This document shows positions 30,271 through 48,399 of a DNA stretch of 64,000 nucleotides, in pieces (positions within the stretch are counted from its first letter, which is position 1; each line of letters begins with the position of its first letter). A program made the translations under genes and the position numbers. The notes below the pieces were generated by a model, which was given only the letters and a program-made list of their open reading frames with translations, was not told the origin of the DNA and made no database searches. The stretch is from assembly GCF_009914755.1 (NCBI RefSeq), contig NC_060931.1; one strand, 5' to 3'. Origin of the DNA: the human T2T-CHM13v2.0 reference genome, Homo sapiens.

Positions 30271-30833
30271 GACTACCTGATAGAAGAAATAATACTTACA
30301 AATATATCAGTGCTCTCCTGCTTACTAAAATTAATTTTTAAAATTAATTATTATTAGCCAGGTGGCACTTGTAAACCCAGCTACTCTGGATACTGAGGCA
30401 GAAGTATCACTTGAGCCCAAGAGTTCAAGGTCAGTCCGGGCAATAGAGAGAGACACCATCTTTTTCCTTTGCTGCAGTGCAGTGGTGCAATCATGGCTCG
30501 CCACAGCCTTAACCTCCCAAGCTTACGTGATCTTGCCACCTCAGCTTCCCGAGTAGCTGGGAACACAGGTATGCGTAACCATGCCCAGCTAATTTTTTGT
30601 ATTTTTTGTAGAGATGGGGTTTTACTATATTGTCCAGGCTGGTCTTGAATTCCTGGACTCAAGCAATCTGCCCACTTCAGCCTCCGAAAGTGCTGGGACT
30701 ACCCTGGCTGCATTTTAGTTTAATTGTAATGATTATTCTCTTATTTGAGTTTCAGATATTCACAAGTGGGGTAATGGATCTCCTTTAAGCTGGCTATTCT
30801 ATTCTTTTAGCATTGTCTGTAGCATTTCTATAG

Positions 30834-31043
<210 letters not shown>

Positions 31044-31589
31044 TAGCCAGGATGGTCTCAAACTCCTGACCTCGTGATCTGCCTGCCTCGGTCACCCAAA
31101 GTGTTGGGATTACAGGCGTGAGCCACCACGCCTGGCCTGTCTGTAGCATTCTTGAAAGCATTCTTGCTTTCTAGCAACAACAGGATATTCTGGATCCAAG
31201 TTGATTTATTGTCCTTGCCCCAAGACATGGAATCAGCAACTCTCCAAAGAGCCTGATCCTTTTAATCACAGTAGACTAAAATGAGGGACCAAAATCTGGT
31301 TGCTAACAATGCAAAGAATTGTGGGCAGAAGTGCTGCTGTTACTACATTTGGGCCCCTTCTAATAGCAAAACTGGAAAAGATATTTTTTTAAACAGCCTT
31401 ACTGAGGTCTAATTGACATAAACTGCACATGTTTGATAAGTTTTAACGTGCACATCCATGTAGCCATCACTGCTAGGTTTCTATTTTAACACCTTGAGTT
31501 TATAATTTATTTTCCCAATTTAATGCCGCATATTATTCTATCCTGTTTTTCTTTCATTTCCTTTTTTTTTTTTTTTAAGAGACAGGGTC

Positions 31590-31914
<325 letters not shown>

Positions 31915-33605
31915 TCATGCAGGCTGGAAGGCAGTGACATGATTATAGCTCACTATAACTTGGAATTCCTGGGTTAAAGGGATCCTCCTGCTTCAACCTC
32001 ACGAGTAGCTTAGGATGACAGGGGTATGCCACCACATCTGGCTAATTTTAAAAAATTTTTTCTTTGTAGAGACAGGGTGCCCAGCCTGGTCCCAAACTCC
32101 TGGCCGCAAGTGATCCTCCCACCTTGGCCCTGCAAAACACTGGGATTACAGGCATGAGACTCCATGCCTGGCTGGGGTTATTACTTTAAGTCCTTTTATG
32201 TCTTCTAAGTTTAGTTCTTTGCCTCAAGACTTACCCCTTGCAGTTTGTACTCTACCCTAGTTCATGTTATCTATAACATCTCTTCCTTCAAAAAATCTCG
32301 TAGCTTCTCATCACATACATTTAATAAAATCATGGTTTGGCCACTGTCTACACTTTAGTCTTCTCTTCTATTCTCCCCACAGGGACACTGTGAGCCAGCC
32401 CTGTGAAACTATTACAGCATTCCCCAAATGTACCATCCTTTGGCCTTTTGCTTTTACCCACTGTTGCTGGTCTTTCAAATTCAGCCTAGAGGCCAGGCAC
32501 AGTGGTTCACGCTTGTAATCATAGCACTTTGGGAGGCCGAGGAGAGTGGATCATTTGAGGTCAGCAGTTCAAGACCAGCCTGGCTAATATGGTGAAACCC
32601 CGTCTCTACTAAAAATACAAAACTTAGCCAGGTGGTAGCGGCATGCACCTGTAATCCCAGGTACTCGGGGGTGCTGAGGCAGAAGAATCGCTTGAGCCTG
32701 GGAAGCAGAGTTTGTGGTGAGCTGAGATCAAGCCACTGCACTCAAGTCTGGGCAACAGAGTGAGACTGTCTCAAAAAAAAAAAAAAAAAAACAGCCGAGT
32801 GAAGTGGCTTCCTTCTTCAAAAAATCTCGTAGTTTCGCACCTGAACCTGGGAGGCGGAGGTTGCAGTGAGCCCTGTGAAACTATTCAGCATTCCCCAAAT
32901 ATATCAGCACTTTTTTTTTTAATGGAGTCTCACTGTGTCGCCCAGGCTGGGGTGCAGTGTTCAAGCGATTCTCCTGCCTCAACATCCCCTAGTAGCTGGG
33001 ATTACAGGCATGTGCCACCACGCCCGGCTAATTTTTTTGTATTTTTAGTAGAGATGGGGTTTCACCACATTGGCTAGGCTGGTCTCGAACTCCTGACCTT
33101 GTGGTCCTCCCGCCTTGGCCTTCCAGACTGCTGGAATCACAGGTGTGAGCCATCACGCCTCGCCACTTTGCCTTTTTTCTTGGACTGTATTGCAGAATGT
33201 GGATTTGGAGCAAGTGGTCCTGAAGCACTTATTTTGTCACCCACAGATTAAGATTTTCCTCCACAGGCTACACTTGAAGGTCTCAACACTTTGAAGTCTC
33301 CTCTTATGGGGCATCCAGTCTAACCCTCTGGCTTGCTACTTAGCAATGGGTGTTCTGTGATGGGGTGATTTGGAAGGAAGGAGTCTGCCCCTTTCTGAGC
33401 CACAACAGTGAAGCCATTTGATCTGAGCCTAGGTGGGAGAGATATTTTAATAGATAAACATTCTACCTTTGATTTTTCTGAAGAGTAATATGCCTGTTTT
33501 TTTTTTTTTTTCCGCAATTCAGGGGATTTTCTTTGGTGCACTTGTTGACTCTGCATGAATTTGCAATCCAAGGGAAAAGTTGGAGAAAGAACAAAGTTGG
33601 CTTTA

Positions 33606-33998
<393 letters not shown>

Positions 33999-34625
33999 TT
34001 ATAATTATTGGCAAATGTTAGAAAAAAATTACCTTCAAAATTATTAGTTTTGCTTAATAAATTTAAGCATAAAGTGAAATAACTGAGTGTTCTTTTATCC
34101 ACACAAATGTCCTTTGAATGTTAAAGAACCAAACCAAGGGATCATATAATTGAAAGGTTATATCTAAGATCCATGTAGGAGGTAGAATGGATAGGTCAAA
34201 GTGGGTGACCATAGAGAAGAGCATCTAAAGTGACTTTCAGGTTTCTGGCTAGGACAACTGGATGGGACGTCAGTGCCATTTGCCAAGATGGAGAAAGTTT
34301 TAGGTATAAGATGAAGAGTTCAGTTTTATACACATTGAGTTCCAGGTACCTATAATATTAAGTGGAAATGTTTAGAAGGTAGATGAAAATATGAGTCAAG
34401 CTCAAAAGAGAGGTCTGGATAGGAATTAGAGGTCTCCGAGGTGGTAGCTGAAGTTATGAATGAGATCAGGAAAGCAAAATGTACGGTGACAAGAGTTGGG
34501 AACCACCAATAGAGCCCTGGGCAGACCTTAAAAACTTGGACGGCCAGGCGCGGGGGCTCACGCCTACAGGCCTCCCAGCAATTCTGGAGGCCAAGGCAGG
34601 CGGATCACTTGACGTCAGGAGTTCA

Positions 34626-34892
<267 letters not shown>

Positions 34893-36022
34893 TCAAATCC
34901 TCATAGGACCAAGTTTTGTTATACAATACAGGTAAATAACTAGTAAATCCTAGCTATTTCAACAGCAGGAAATCCTTATTATACAATCATCTTCACTTAA
35001 ACAATTTTATTTAATAATCCCTTTTCTACCACCCTTTCATTGATCAAAGGTAGAGGGGAATCTCTGGTTATTTTCAATCTATTTTCTCCTTTTAGTGGTA
35101 AATCATGGAATATTCTTAGCCATCAGTGACCCTGGAATTAGCCTGCCATCCTACTGAAATAAAAAATATACCTACATGGCACTGATTCCTGGTCAAGGCA
35201 TGAAATATACAGATGAATAGTGTTGCTTTTTAACTATGGGTCTAAAGAATTTTTTTATACTTGCTCTTAGATTCCCCACCAGAGGGCTCTGCTGTTGAAG
35301 CTGTTTACTCAGCAGGAATATGCCTATGTGATCAACAAAATATTTTTTATTTTTCATAGAGATGAGGTCTTACTATATTTATTGCTCAGGCTGGTCTCAA
35401 ACTCCTAAACTCAAGCAATCCTCCTGTCTTGGCCTCCCAGTGTTAGGATTATGGTTGGGAGCAACTGTGCCTGGCCAAAGAACAAAATATTTTTAAAAAC
35501 CCAGTTGAGATTACACTTTGGGCTCTCTTATTCCAAAGTGTTCTGTGCACACATCAGTAGTTCCTGATTCAAGGGAGAGTATGTCCTCTCATGGCCCTTA
35601 TATAGACAGGAAATAGGAGGTTGGACCTGGCCTTCCCAGACAGGCAGCCTGTGGCTGTAATGACACCCTTACTTCAGTGCTGCTGTGATAGTGTACTGTT
35701 TTACTGCAATAAACTGCAGATTTGTGATCACTCTCACTTGGGGTCCTGTGAGTCTTCTTCAGCAAATGAACCCTGTTTAACTTCCACCATTATTGCTGTT
35801 AGTACTCCCTCTACAGGAAACCTAGGTAGAACATGGCATTGCTTGGTGTGGTGGGAAAAGCGGAGGGTTTGAAATCAGATTAAACTTAGTTATAGCTTCT
35901 CTCTAGTTGGTTTTAAGACCTCTGATTCTTAGTTTCCTCACCTAAATGAACTGGGTTATGGCCGGGCACAGTGGCTGATGCCTGTAATCCCAGCAGTTTG
36001 GGAGGCCAAGGCAGGCAGATCA

Positions 36023-36287
<265 letters not shown>

Positions 36288-36567
36288 CTACCTCCCAGGG
36301 CCCCTGTAAGGATTAAATGGGATAATGCATATATATGTCTAAAGCCTTAAGCATGTCAAATGCACTTCATGAAGGTAAGTAATAACACAAGTGAATATAA
36401 GTTTTTCTGGAAATAATGCAAATAGAAAAGGAGAAAAAGAGGCCGGGCACAGTGGATCACCCCTGTAATCCCAATCCCAGCACTTTGGGAGGCCGAGACG
36501 GGCGGATCATCTGAGGTCAAGAGTTCGAGACCAGATTGACCAACATGGTGAAACCCCATCTCTACTA

Positions 36568-36767
<200 letters not shown>

Positions 36768-36847
36768 CTAGGTTTTCACAAACAGACAATATTAGAAATG
36801 CAATGATGAAGGAAAAATGGTGAACAGGAATTCTCAAAAATAAGTAC

Positions 36848-36931
36848 CTGGGGATGGGCTGTCTGGCCAGAAACAGAACTTCTCATGGGCAGTACACAAG
36901 GCTTTCTTCAGCTCAGCACATCGTTGCTTAT
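36848..36931 (-). CDS. ZC3HC1: ZC3HC1 exon 4 (YKQRCAELKKALCTAHEKFCFWPDSPSP), HxxxC completing the first zinc module
   Basis: TTTCAG| acceptor, 84 nt, CAG|GTACTT donor, frame continuous. Confidence 0.96.
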
Positions 36932-37094
36932 CTGAAATCCACATAAACAGCAACACCTTAAAAAACACTATATAGATTCAAAATCCAATGAATGGCCTCT
37001 AAGAGCAGAGATTTAACTAAAAATAAGAGAATTTTAAAATGTGAAAATATTATCAAGTACATAATCTTAATATTTTTCACAAAACAGGTTTTAA

Positions 37095-37262
<168 letters not shown>

Positions 37263-37561
37263 TGAGTAGTGTTTTGTATTTTTAGTAGAAATGGGGTTTC
37301 ACCATGTTAGTCAGGCTGGTCTCAAACTCCCAACCTCATGTGATCCACCCACTTCAGCCTCCCGAAATGCTGGGATTACACACGTGAGCCACTGAGCCCG
37401 GCCCCCATGTATCTTATAAAGCAGAGCATTCCAAAGTGTGAGACTTCATAAAAGTCCTTTGTCACTCTTCGTCTAGAAGTATACATTTTGGAATAATAAA
37501 GTAAACATGCTGCTGTTACCTAGATTACATTAAGTCAAGTCCATGCTGCAGTAGCTAGCTT

Positions 37562-37597
<36 letters not shown>

Positions 37598-37688
37598 CGG
37601 GCACGGTGGCTCACGCCTGTAATCCCAGCACTTTGGGAGGCTGAGGCGGGTGGATCACAAGGTCAGGAGATCAAGACCATCCTGGCTA

Positions 37689-37877
<189 letters not shown>

Positions 37878-38331
37878 TCAAAAAAAAAAAAAAAAAAAAA
37901 AGACTGGCCAGGCACTATGGCTTACCCCTGTAATCTCTGCACTTTAGGAGGCCAAGGTGGGCGGATCACTTGAGCTCAGGAGTTCAAGACTAGCCTGAGC
38001 AACCTGGTAAAACCCCACCTCTACAAAAAAAAAACAAAAATTAGCCAGGTGTAGTGGCACTGCGCCTGTAGTCCCAGCTACTTGGGAGGCTGAGGAAGGA
38101 TCGCTTGAGCCCAGGAGGTTGAGGCTGTGGTGAGTTGTAATTGCACTATTACATCTTGCTCAGCCTGGGCAACAAGCAAGACCCCATCTCAAAAAAAAAA
38201 AAAAGATTAAAAAAAAAGATTGAAGTACGCATTTTTTGATCAAACTAAAATGACCTTTTTTCCCCCCCCAGAAAACCAGGATAGTATATATTTGAGTGTG
38301 GAGAAAAATGTAATTTGTACCTTATACTTAC

Positions 38332-38482
38332 ATCTGTCAAAGTCAAAAGCTGGTTGTAAACTGGCACAGAGAAAAGCTTGACAGCTAGAGCACTTGAGCA
38401 TATCACATTCCACTGTGACCCAGCCATATTTTGCACAGACGAGTGGAGACAGCTCAAAGGGCTTACCTGCCCATTTCAAAGA
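38332..38482 (-). CDS. ZC3HC1: ZC3HC1 exon 3 (SLKWAGKPFELSPLVCAKYGWVTVECDMLKCSSCQAFLCASLQPAFDFDR), first CxxC of the C3HC zinc module
   Basis: AC| acceptor after TTTTCTTAAC branch site, 151 nt, T|GTAAGT donor. Overlaps ORF-track 38240..38479. Confidence 0.96.
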
Positions 38483-38495
38483 GTATCCATGTTAA

Positions 38496-38753
<258 letters not shown>

Positions 38754-39998
38754 TAGAGATGGGGTTTCACCATGTTGCTCAGGCTGGTCTTGAACTCCTG
38801 AACTCAGATGATCTGCCCACCTTGGCCTCCCAAAGTGCTGGAATCACAGGTGAACACTGCAAGTATATTAAAATGAATAAGTCATAAATTACAATCTTAA
38901 CTCATTCTTTTTTTTTTTTTTTTTTCAAGACAGAGTCTTGCTCTGTCACCCTGGCTGGAGTACAATGGCACAGTCTCGGCTCGGTTTCTGCAACCTCCAC
39001 TTCCCGGGTTCAAGTGATTCTCCTGCCTCAGCCTCCCGAGTAGCTGGGATTACAGGCATCTGCCACTGCACCCAGCTAATTTTTGTATTTTTAATAGAGA
39101 TAGGGTTTCATCATCTTGGCCAGGTTGGTCCTGAACTTGTGACCTCGTGATCCACCCACCTCGGCCTCCCAAAGTGCTGCAATTACAGGCGTGAGCCACT
39201 GTGCCCGGCCCAACTCATTCTTAATGTATATAGGAATAAACATTAAGGAGAAAGGCAATGAGAAAAGTGGTAAAAACTATTTTTAATGCACAGGCCCATA
39301 CTTCACAGAATGATGAAGGTCATTTAAGTAATAAGTGGAGGGGAAAAGTTATTAACTTATTCTTGAAGAAGCACTATGTATTTTATGTGTTTAAAATGTT
39401 TATTGGCCAAGCACAGTGGCACATGCTTGTAATCTCAGCACATTGGGAGGCTGAAGCGGGAGGATCACTTGAGCTCAGGAGTTGAAGATCAGCCTGGGCA
39501 ACACGGCGACACCTCATCTCTATTGAAAATCAAAAAATTAGCGGGATGTGGTGGTGCATGCCTGTAGTCTCAGCTAATTGAGAGGCTGAGGGAGGAGGAT
39601 GGCTTGAGCCCAGGAGATCAAGGCCACAGTAAGATACGATCACACCACTGCCCTCTAGCCTGGGCAACAGAATGAGACCCTGTCTCAAAAAAAAAAAAAA
39701 AAAAAGTTTATTATTGGTTGTCTGGTAGAATATAGCATCCATTAATTTTCACTGAATCTGAAATACTAGGAACTTAAAGGCACCAGTGAAAGTACTGGGA
39801 TATGCCTAAACAATAAGAGATAGTCAAAGTTAAACACACAGAAATATTTTCTGCCATTCACCTATGCTCTCCTACTGTACCCCATCCATTTTTACTTTCC
39901 AAAGAATAAAGGCAATAAAATTATCCCTCCAAAATTTGATTGCTAGTATCAATGGGGATGTGTGAGAATGTGTTTTACACAGCTAAAAGCATCTGTAA

Positions 39999-40692
<694 letters not shown>

Positions 40693-41179
40693 TCACAAAG
40701 CACAGTAAAAAAAAAAGGATAAAATATGAAAGAAGATGCAGGAAAGTTATACATTTTTATAAAGGGATATAGGAATTTGAAAGACATTCCAACATCAGCA
40801 AAGGAAGAATGAAGACTGGAAAACAAAATTCAGATACAAATATTAAAGGAGCCATGATTATCTAGAATAAAAGTAATGGTTAAATAAATAATCATCATAT
40901 CCAAAATGTTGATCAATTTATAGCCAATGAACAAAAAGGAAATGGATCTAAATATTTTATCAAAATCAAGATTTAATGCAAGAAATAATGGTAGAAGGAT
41001 GGTTAAAATACCTTCCCTTTCCTGAGCAATTCAGTCTTAAAGCCATTAGGCGGTGAACAAGGAAGATGTCAGAGCCAGGAGGCTGCGAAGAGGCAGCTCA
41101 GCCCAGGGTGTCAGAACCAAAGTGGTATGTAACAGGCATTCACTTGCGGGCAGCCAAGTGTGGAGTGCTAGGACCTAAA

Positions 41180-42690
41180 TGGGGTGACGAGAGATTCATG
41201 CAAGAAAGGATGGCAGCATGGCAGAAATGGGAGATTAAGCACATATAGGGGATTGATCAAAGTAGTAAATATATTAAGGATAACAAATTATGTTTCACAG
41301 TGTTGAATATGGGAGGGAAAAATAGGGAAAAGGAGAAAACTAGAATGAATCCTGTGATGTACAATTGCAACTGGAGATGTCAGCAGGAACTCATCGTTTT
41401 TTAAAATATAGAGAGAAATGGATGTAAATTTAGATGTGTGTATACATGTGAATGTGTGTGTCTGTGTGTGTGTACATAAACATATATATTTTCTAGCTTT
41501 TTCCTCTGAGAGGGCCTGAGAACAGTGGCATCCCACTAGCTATGAGTTCTCCCTGCACCCAGATCTTGGCATTCATTCATGCATTTATATAGAGACAGGA
41601 TCTTGCTATGTTGCCCAGGCTGGTCTCTCCTGGGCTCAGGCAATTCTCCCACCTGGGCCTCCCAAAGTGCTGGGATTACAGGTGTGCCACCATGCCCAGT
41701 TCAGATCTTAGCTTTTAAATAACATTCTCCACTGAAAAACAGCCAAGGATCCTTGTAAAATTGGCTGATTCCAGGGATGGGGCAAGAAAAATACAAGATA
41801 AGCCGAGAACAACTTGTTCCTGAAAGCAATAAAGAGGTCATGGGTTATGGGACATGTCAAAAGGCCACAGAAGCCAACCTGAGGGGGATGTCACTGACTA
41901 AATAAGGAACAACTGGAGTATCAAAATATATAATGATAGTAATGAATTATAACCCATTGAATAACAAAGAAAATATTGAGTCCATGTTACTACAAATAAA
42001 TCAATTACATAAAGTTTGATAAGGACTGGGATATTTACAAAGTTTCAAAGAACTTCCCCACAAAGTACTTTTTATTTACAAAGGAGGAAAGAGTTATTTT
42101 ACAATAGAAATGCCAGATACTCCCTTAATCAAGTGATCAAAGTGATCATCACCATAAAGGGATAAATAGAAATCACGTGTCACCTGACAGGATGCAATGA
42201 GAATGCAGCATTGCTTCACGACACTCCTGCATAACCTGAATCTAATCACAAAGAAACATCAAACAAATGTCATTGACATACACTCTACAACATAACTGTT
42301 CTGTAATCTTCAAAAGTATCAAGATCATGAAATTCAAGAAAAAACTGAGGAAATGTTCCAGATTAAAGGAGAATAAAGCAACATGACAACTAAATGTACT
42401 GTGTGATTCTCAACTGGATACTTCAACTATAAAGAATGTTATTAGTATAACTGATGGAAAAACTGGGGTCTGAGGATTGGAGGGTAGTAATTTATCAATG
42501 TCAATTTTCTGATTTTGATGGTTGCATTCTGGTTATGTAGGACAAAGTCCTTGTTTGTAGGAAATATTTGGGAGTAGTAAGACATCACTTTGGTGGCTTA
42601 CTTTCAAATAGCTCAGGGAAAAAAGGTTCTTTGTAATCTCTGCAACCTTTCTGTAAGTCTGTAATTTAAAAATTTTTAAGAATCACTGTA
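41180..42690 (+). mobile_element. Old L1MC/ME-like 3' fragments (Alu-interrupted)
   Basis: CCTTAATCAAGTGATCAAAGT, AACCTGAATCTAATCA and GACAACTAAATG motifs. Boundaries approximate. Confidence 0.55.
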
Positions 42691-42999
42691 AAAAATTACC
42701 ATGTAAGTCTTTCTGTCCTTGCACACAGGGAATAAAGTAGTGAAAAGCAGAAGACGTGGTGTGGTACCACATTTCTTCCGCCTTCAGTCTCTGCTCCTTT
42801 CACAGAGCTACCCATCAGTACCATGTTGGCCATGTTGGAGTAGAGTATCCTCAGCTTCACAACCTCTATGGTCTATAGGAGACAAAATGACAGCCCAGAG
42901 AAGAATTTGCCATTTTCAGTGGAAAACAAGTGGCAATTACTAATTATGATGACTTGTACTTTGGATCTCATTTGCTGCACTTTCCTTTATAAGACATCA

Positions 43000-44088
<1,089 letters not shown>

Positions 44089-44136
44089 TTATGACATAAC
44101 GTTTAATGTCTCTTCGTGAAACATGCAATGTGATAG

Positions 44137-44625
<489 letters not shown>

Positions 44626-45019
44626 TAAGCCACCACGCCCGGCCTAATTTTGTATTTTTAGTAGCGTCAGGGTTTCACCATATTGGCCAGGTTGCTCTCA
44701 AACTCCTGACCTCAGGTGATCCGCCCACCTTGGCCTCCTAAAGTGCTAGGATTACAGGCGTAAGCCACCATGCCTAGCCAGTATTAGTTTCTTGATCAAA
44801 AAAAGGTGTGTGATTTGGCTTATTTTATGGTCTTAAATTCTGAGATTTTGTTAATTTTTGATTCCTAGGTCAAGACCTTGTTAATAGTTTATAAGACAGA
44901 AATTCGGGGCCAGGTTTGGCGGCTCAGGCCTGTACTCCCAACCCTCTGGGAGGCTGTGGCAGCATAATTGCTTGAGGCCAGGAGTTCGAGACCAGCCTGG
45001 GCAACATAGCAAGACTTTG

Positions 45020-45022
<3 letters not shown>

Positions 45023-45062
<40 letters not shown>
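45023..45062. repeat. (AC)20 microsatellite at an Alu left-monomer end
   Basis: Read directly from sequence. Confidence 0.95.
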
Positions 45063-45064
<2 letters not shown>

Positions 45065-45134
45065 GTAGGGGTGCAAACTTGGCAGGAAAAAAAAGCAGCT
45101 GGAGCTACTAAAGACTTCTCTCAAAGCAAGGTGA

Positions 45135-45943
45135 TGTGAACAGCTTTTAAGGTGGCTCCAATGATCCCTGCCTTCTTATATTCATGCCCTTGTGTTATCT
45201 GCTCCTCTTGAGTATGGGCTGGCCTAGTGACTTGCTTCTAATGCATAAAATATGACAAAAATGATGAGATGTCACTTTTGAGATTAGATTACAAAATGAG
45301 GCTGGCTTGTATCTTGTTCTCTCCTTTGCTCACTCTGATGGAAGTCAGCTGCCAAGTTGTGAACTTTCCTTTAGAGAAGCCCACATAGCAAGGAACCAAG
45401 TGGGGAGGGACATCTCTGGCCAATGGCCAGTATAGAACTGAAGCCCTCTGTCCAACAGACACAAGTAAATGAATCCTGCCAACAGTATGCCAATGACTGA
45501 GTTTGGAAGTGGACCCTTTCCTAGTTGTTTTTTTTTTTTTTTTTTTTTTTTGACACGGAGTCTTGCTCTGCTGCCAAGGCTGGAATGCAGTGGCGCGATC
45601 TCGACTCACTGCAAACTCTGCCTCCTAGGTTCAAGCTATTCTCCTGCCTCAGACTCCTGAGTAGCTGGGATTACAAGTGAGCACCACCACACCTGGCTAA
45701 TTTTGTTTTGTTTTGTTTTATTTTATTTTATTTTTCTTTTGAGACAATTTTCCTAGTTGAGCCTTGAAATGACAGTGCCCTGACCAACCTTAATTGCAGT
45801 CTGTGAGAGACCCTGAGCCAGAGGACTCAGCTAAGCCATGCCTGGATTCCTGATCCACAGAAATTATGAAATAAAAACTGTTTGTTGTTTTAAGATCACT
45901 AAGTTTTGGGGCAATTTGCTATGCAGCAATAGGTAGCTAATAC
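45135..45943 (+). mobile_element. MaLR (MLT1-type) solo LTR, interrupted by an Alu fragment
   Basis: Terminal TTGCTATGCAGCAATAGGTAGCTAATACA and internal CCACAGAAATTATGAAATAAAA motifs. Subfamily not resolved. Confidence 0.7.
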
Positions 45944-46416
45944 ACAAAGGAAAATCTAGAAAGAGACATTATAGTAGTGTAGTCTCTAATAATCTAAAAA
46001 ACATTAGATTATAATCCTGGATCTGCCATTTGCTAACAGGTTCATCTTGGGCAAGTCATATAACCTGCCCCAAACTGTTTCCTCTTCTGTAAAACAAGTA
46101 TAATAATAATGCTTATTTTCATAGGTTTAAGGTCAAGATCGAATGTGATAATATATACAAAAACATACTATATACAAGTATTAGTTATTATTTCTTCTTT
46201 TCTCAGGCTCTTAGTTTTTTCTTCTGTAAAAAGAAAAGGTTAGATAACCTCAACTGTCCCTCTGAGTGATAACATATTAGGATGCTGACTTTCCTATATA
46301 ATTTCTTACCAAGGTTTTATTCTTAAGTTTAAAGCATCACAGTAAGTGGTGTAATACCTTGGAGGAATTCTAGAAGCAGGCAGAAAGTGCAATTCACATG
46401 AACTAAAAAAGGATAT

Positions 46417-46528
46417 AGAAAATGTTTCCACTCTGCTAAAGAAGGCTTCTTTGCTTGTAGATTCCAATGAAGGTTGTTCCGCTTGGGGTGATCCATTAAC
46501 TGACTGGGATGTGGCAGACGTGTCCTTC
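46417..46528 (-). CDS. ZC3HC1: ZC3HC1 exon 2 (KDTSATSQSVNGSPQAEQPSLESTSKEAFFSRVETFS)
   Basis: TTAG|G acceptor, 112 nt, ends at a non-canonical TCT|ATATCCTTTT U12 donor. Cumulative 258 nt = 86 codons. Confidence 0.96.
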
Positions 46529-46868
46529 CTAATATAAAGTGGCAAAACTGTTGGTAAACCTTTCACAGTACCCTCTGCTTAAATGTTATCTAGCTTCTCT
46601 ACACATCGTATCATAAATCACACCAACGCTGGATTTTAAGCTTCCTAAAAATCATTTTACTCATGTCATTCCTCAGCTTATTATTTTCAATGGTTTTATA
46701 ATACTTACTAAATAAAATCCACATTTTTCAGTCTGGCATTCAAAACTCTTTACAGTTTACCCATATCTAAACTTCAATTTCTACCTCTACAGGGCTCCAC
46801 TAATCCTAGCAAACTATTCTCCTCACTCACTCACTGTTCTCCACAAGTATTTGGCATAACTTTAGTAG

Positions 46869-47214
<346 letters not shown>

Positions 47215-47481
47215 TGAGCCACAGCGCCTGGCAGAAATTCGACTCTTAACAGCAGAAAAAACAATTTTGATATTTCTACCTGGAGGGACCTTTGATACCC
47301 ACTCCTTCCAAAAAAAAAAAGAACCAATTAGAAAATTCGAATCAAAGATCTTCGGGAGATTTCATGAAAAAAAAATCAGGGAGAAAAAAACTCAGCAAAG
47401 CAATTCTCTCATTTTCAGTGGAAGGCATTTCAACAGTGCCTGGGGAATTGCTGAAAGACAAGCATTTATTTATTTATTTAG

Positions 47482-47667
<186 letters not shown>

Positions 47668-48399
47668 TAGCCAGGATGGTCTTGATCTCCTGACCTCGTG
47701 ATCTGCCCGCTTCAGCCTCCTCAAAGTGCTGGGATTATAGGCGTGAGCCACCGCGCCCGGCGACAGGCATTATTTTAATAAAAATAGGATTACATCAACG
47801 ATTATAGCTCAAAAGAAATAAACTTACTCTAAGACTCTCAGAGATTCATAGAGAGCCTCAAGCGGGTGTGGTTCTAGGCCAAAAAAAATTCACAGCATCC
47901 ATAAACTTGGATGGGTAAAAATGACATTTATTTCTCTCTAAATGACAAGATTTAGCATTTTCTTCAATTATGAATGAAGGTAAAAACACCATAGTAGTAT
48001 TAGCAGTACCTGCTAATTTGTCACCAATGGAAATAATGTTCCCACATTATGGTGGTTGCATGTCTTCAAATACCTTTGTGCTCATCACTACTTCAAAATT
48101 ATGGTTGACAACACATACTACTAGATATTATGGACTCTTTAATAAAAAGCATTGTTACTGCGTAACTTTTTCCTTTTACCATCTTGATAACTACATTCCA
48201 ATCTAACTGGTTTCCTTTATAATCCTATGTAATTTACTTTAAGCATTTAAAAATATTCTGAGAGTTAATAAGCTTCTCCAGAGAGCCAAAGGGGTCCACG
48301 GCACAAAAAAAGGTTAAGAATCCCCAATTAAGAGAAGTCAAGTGAACTCATTCAGTTAACGGTCCTCTTTCCTTCCAAAAATAATGTCCGATGACAAAA

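Noticed and set aside
29955-30341. 128-aa ORF with EGRK repeats
   Set aside because: Translation of the GGAA microsatellite.
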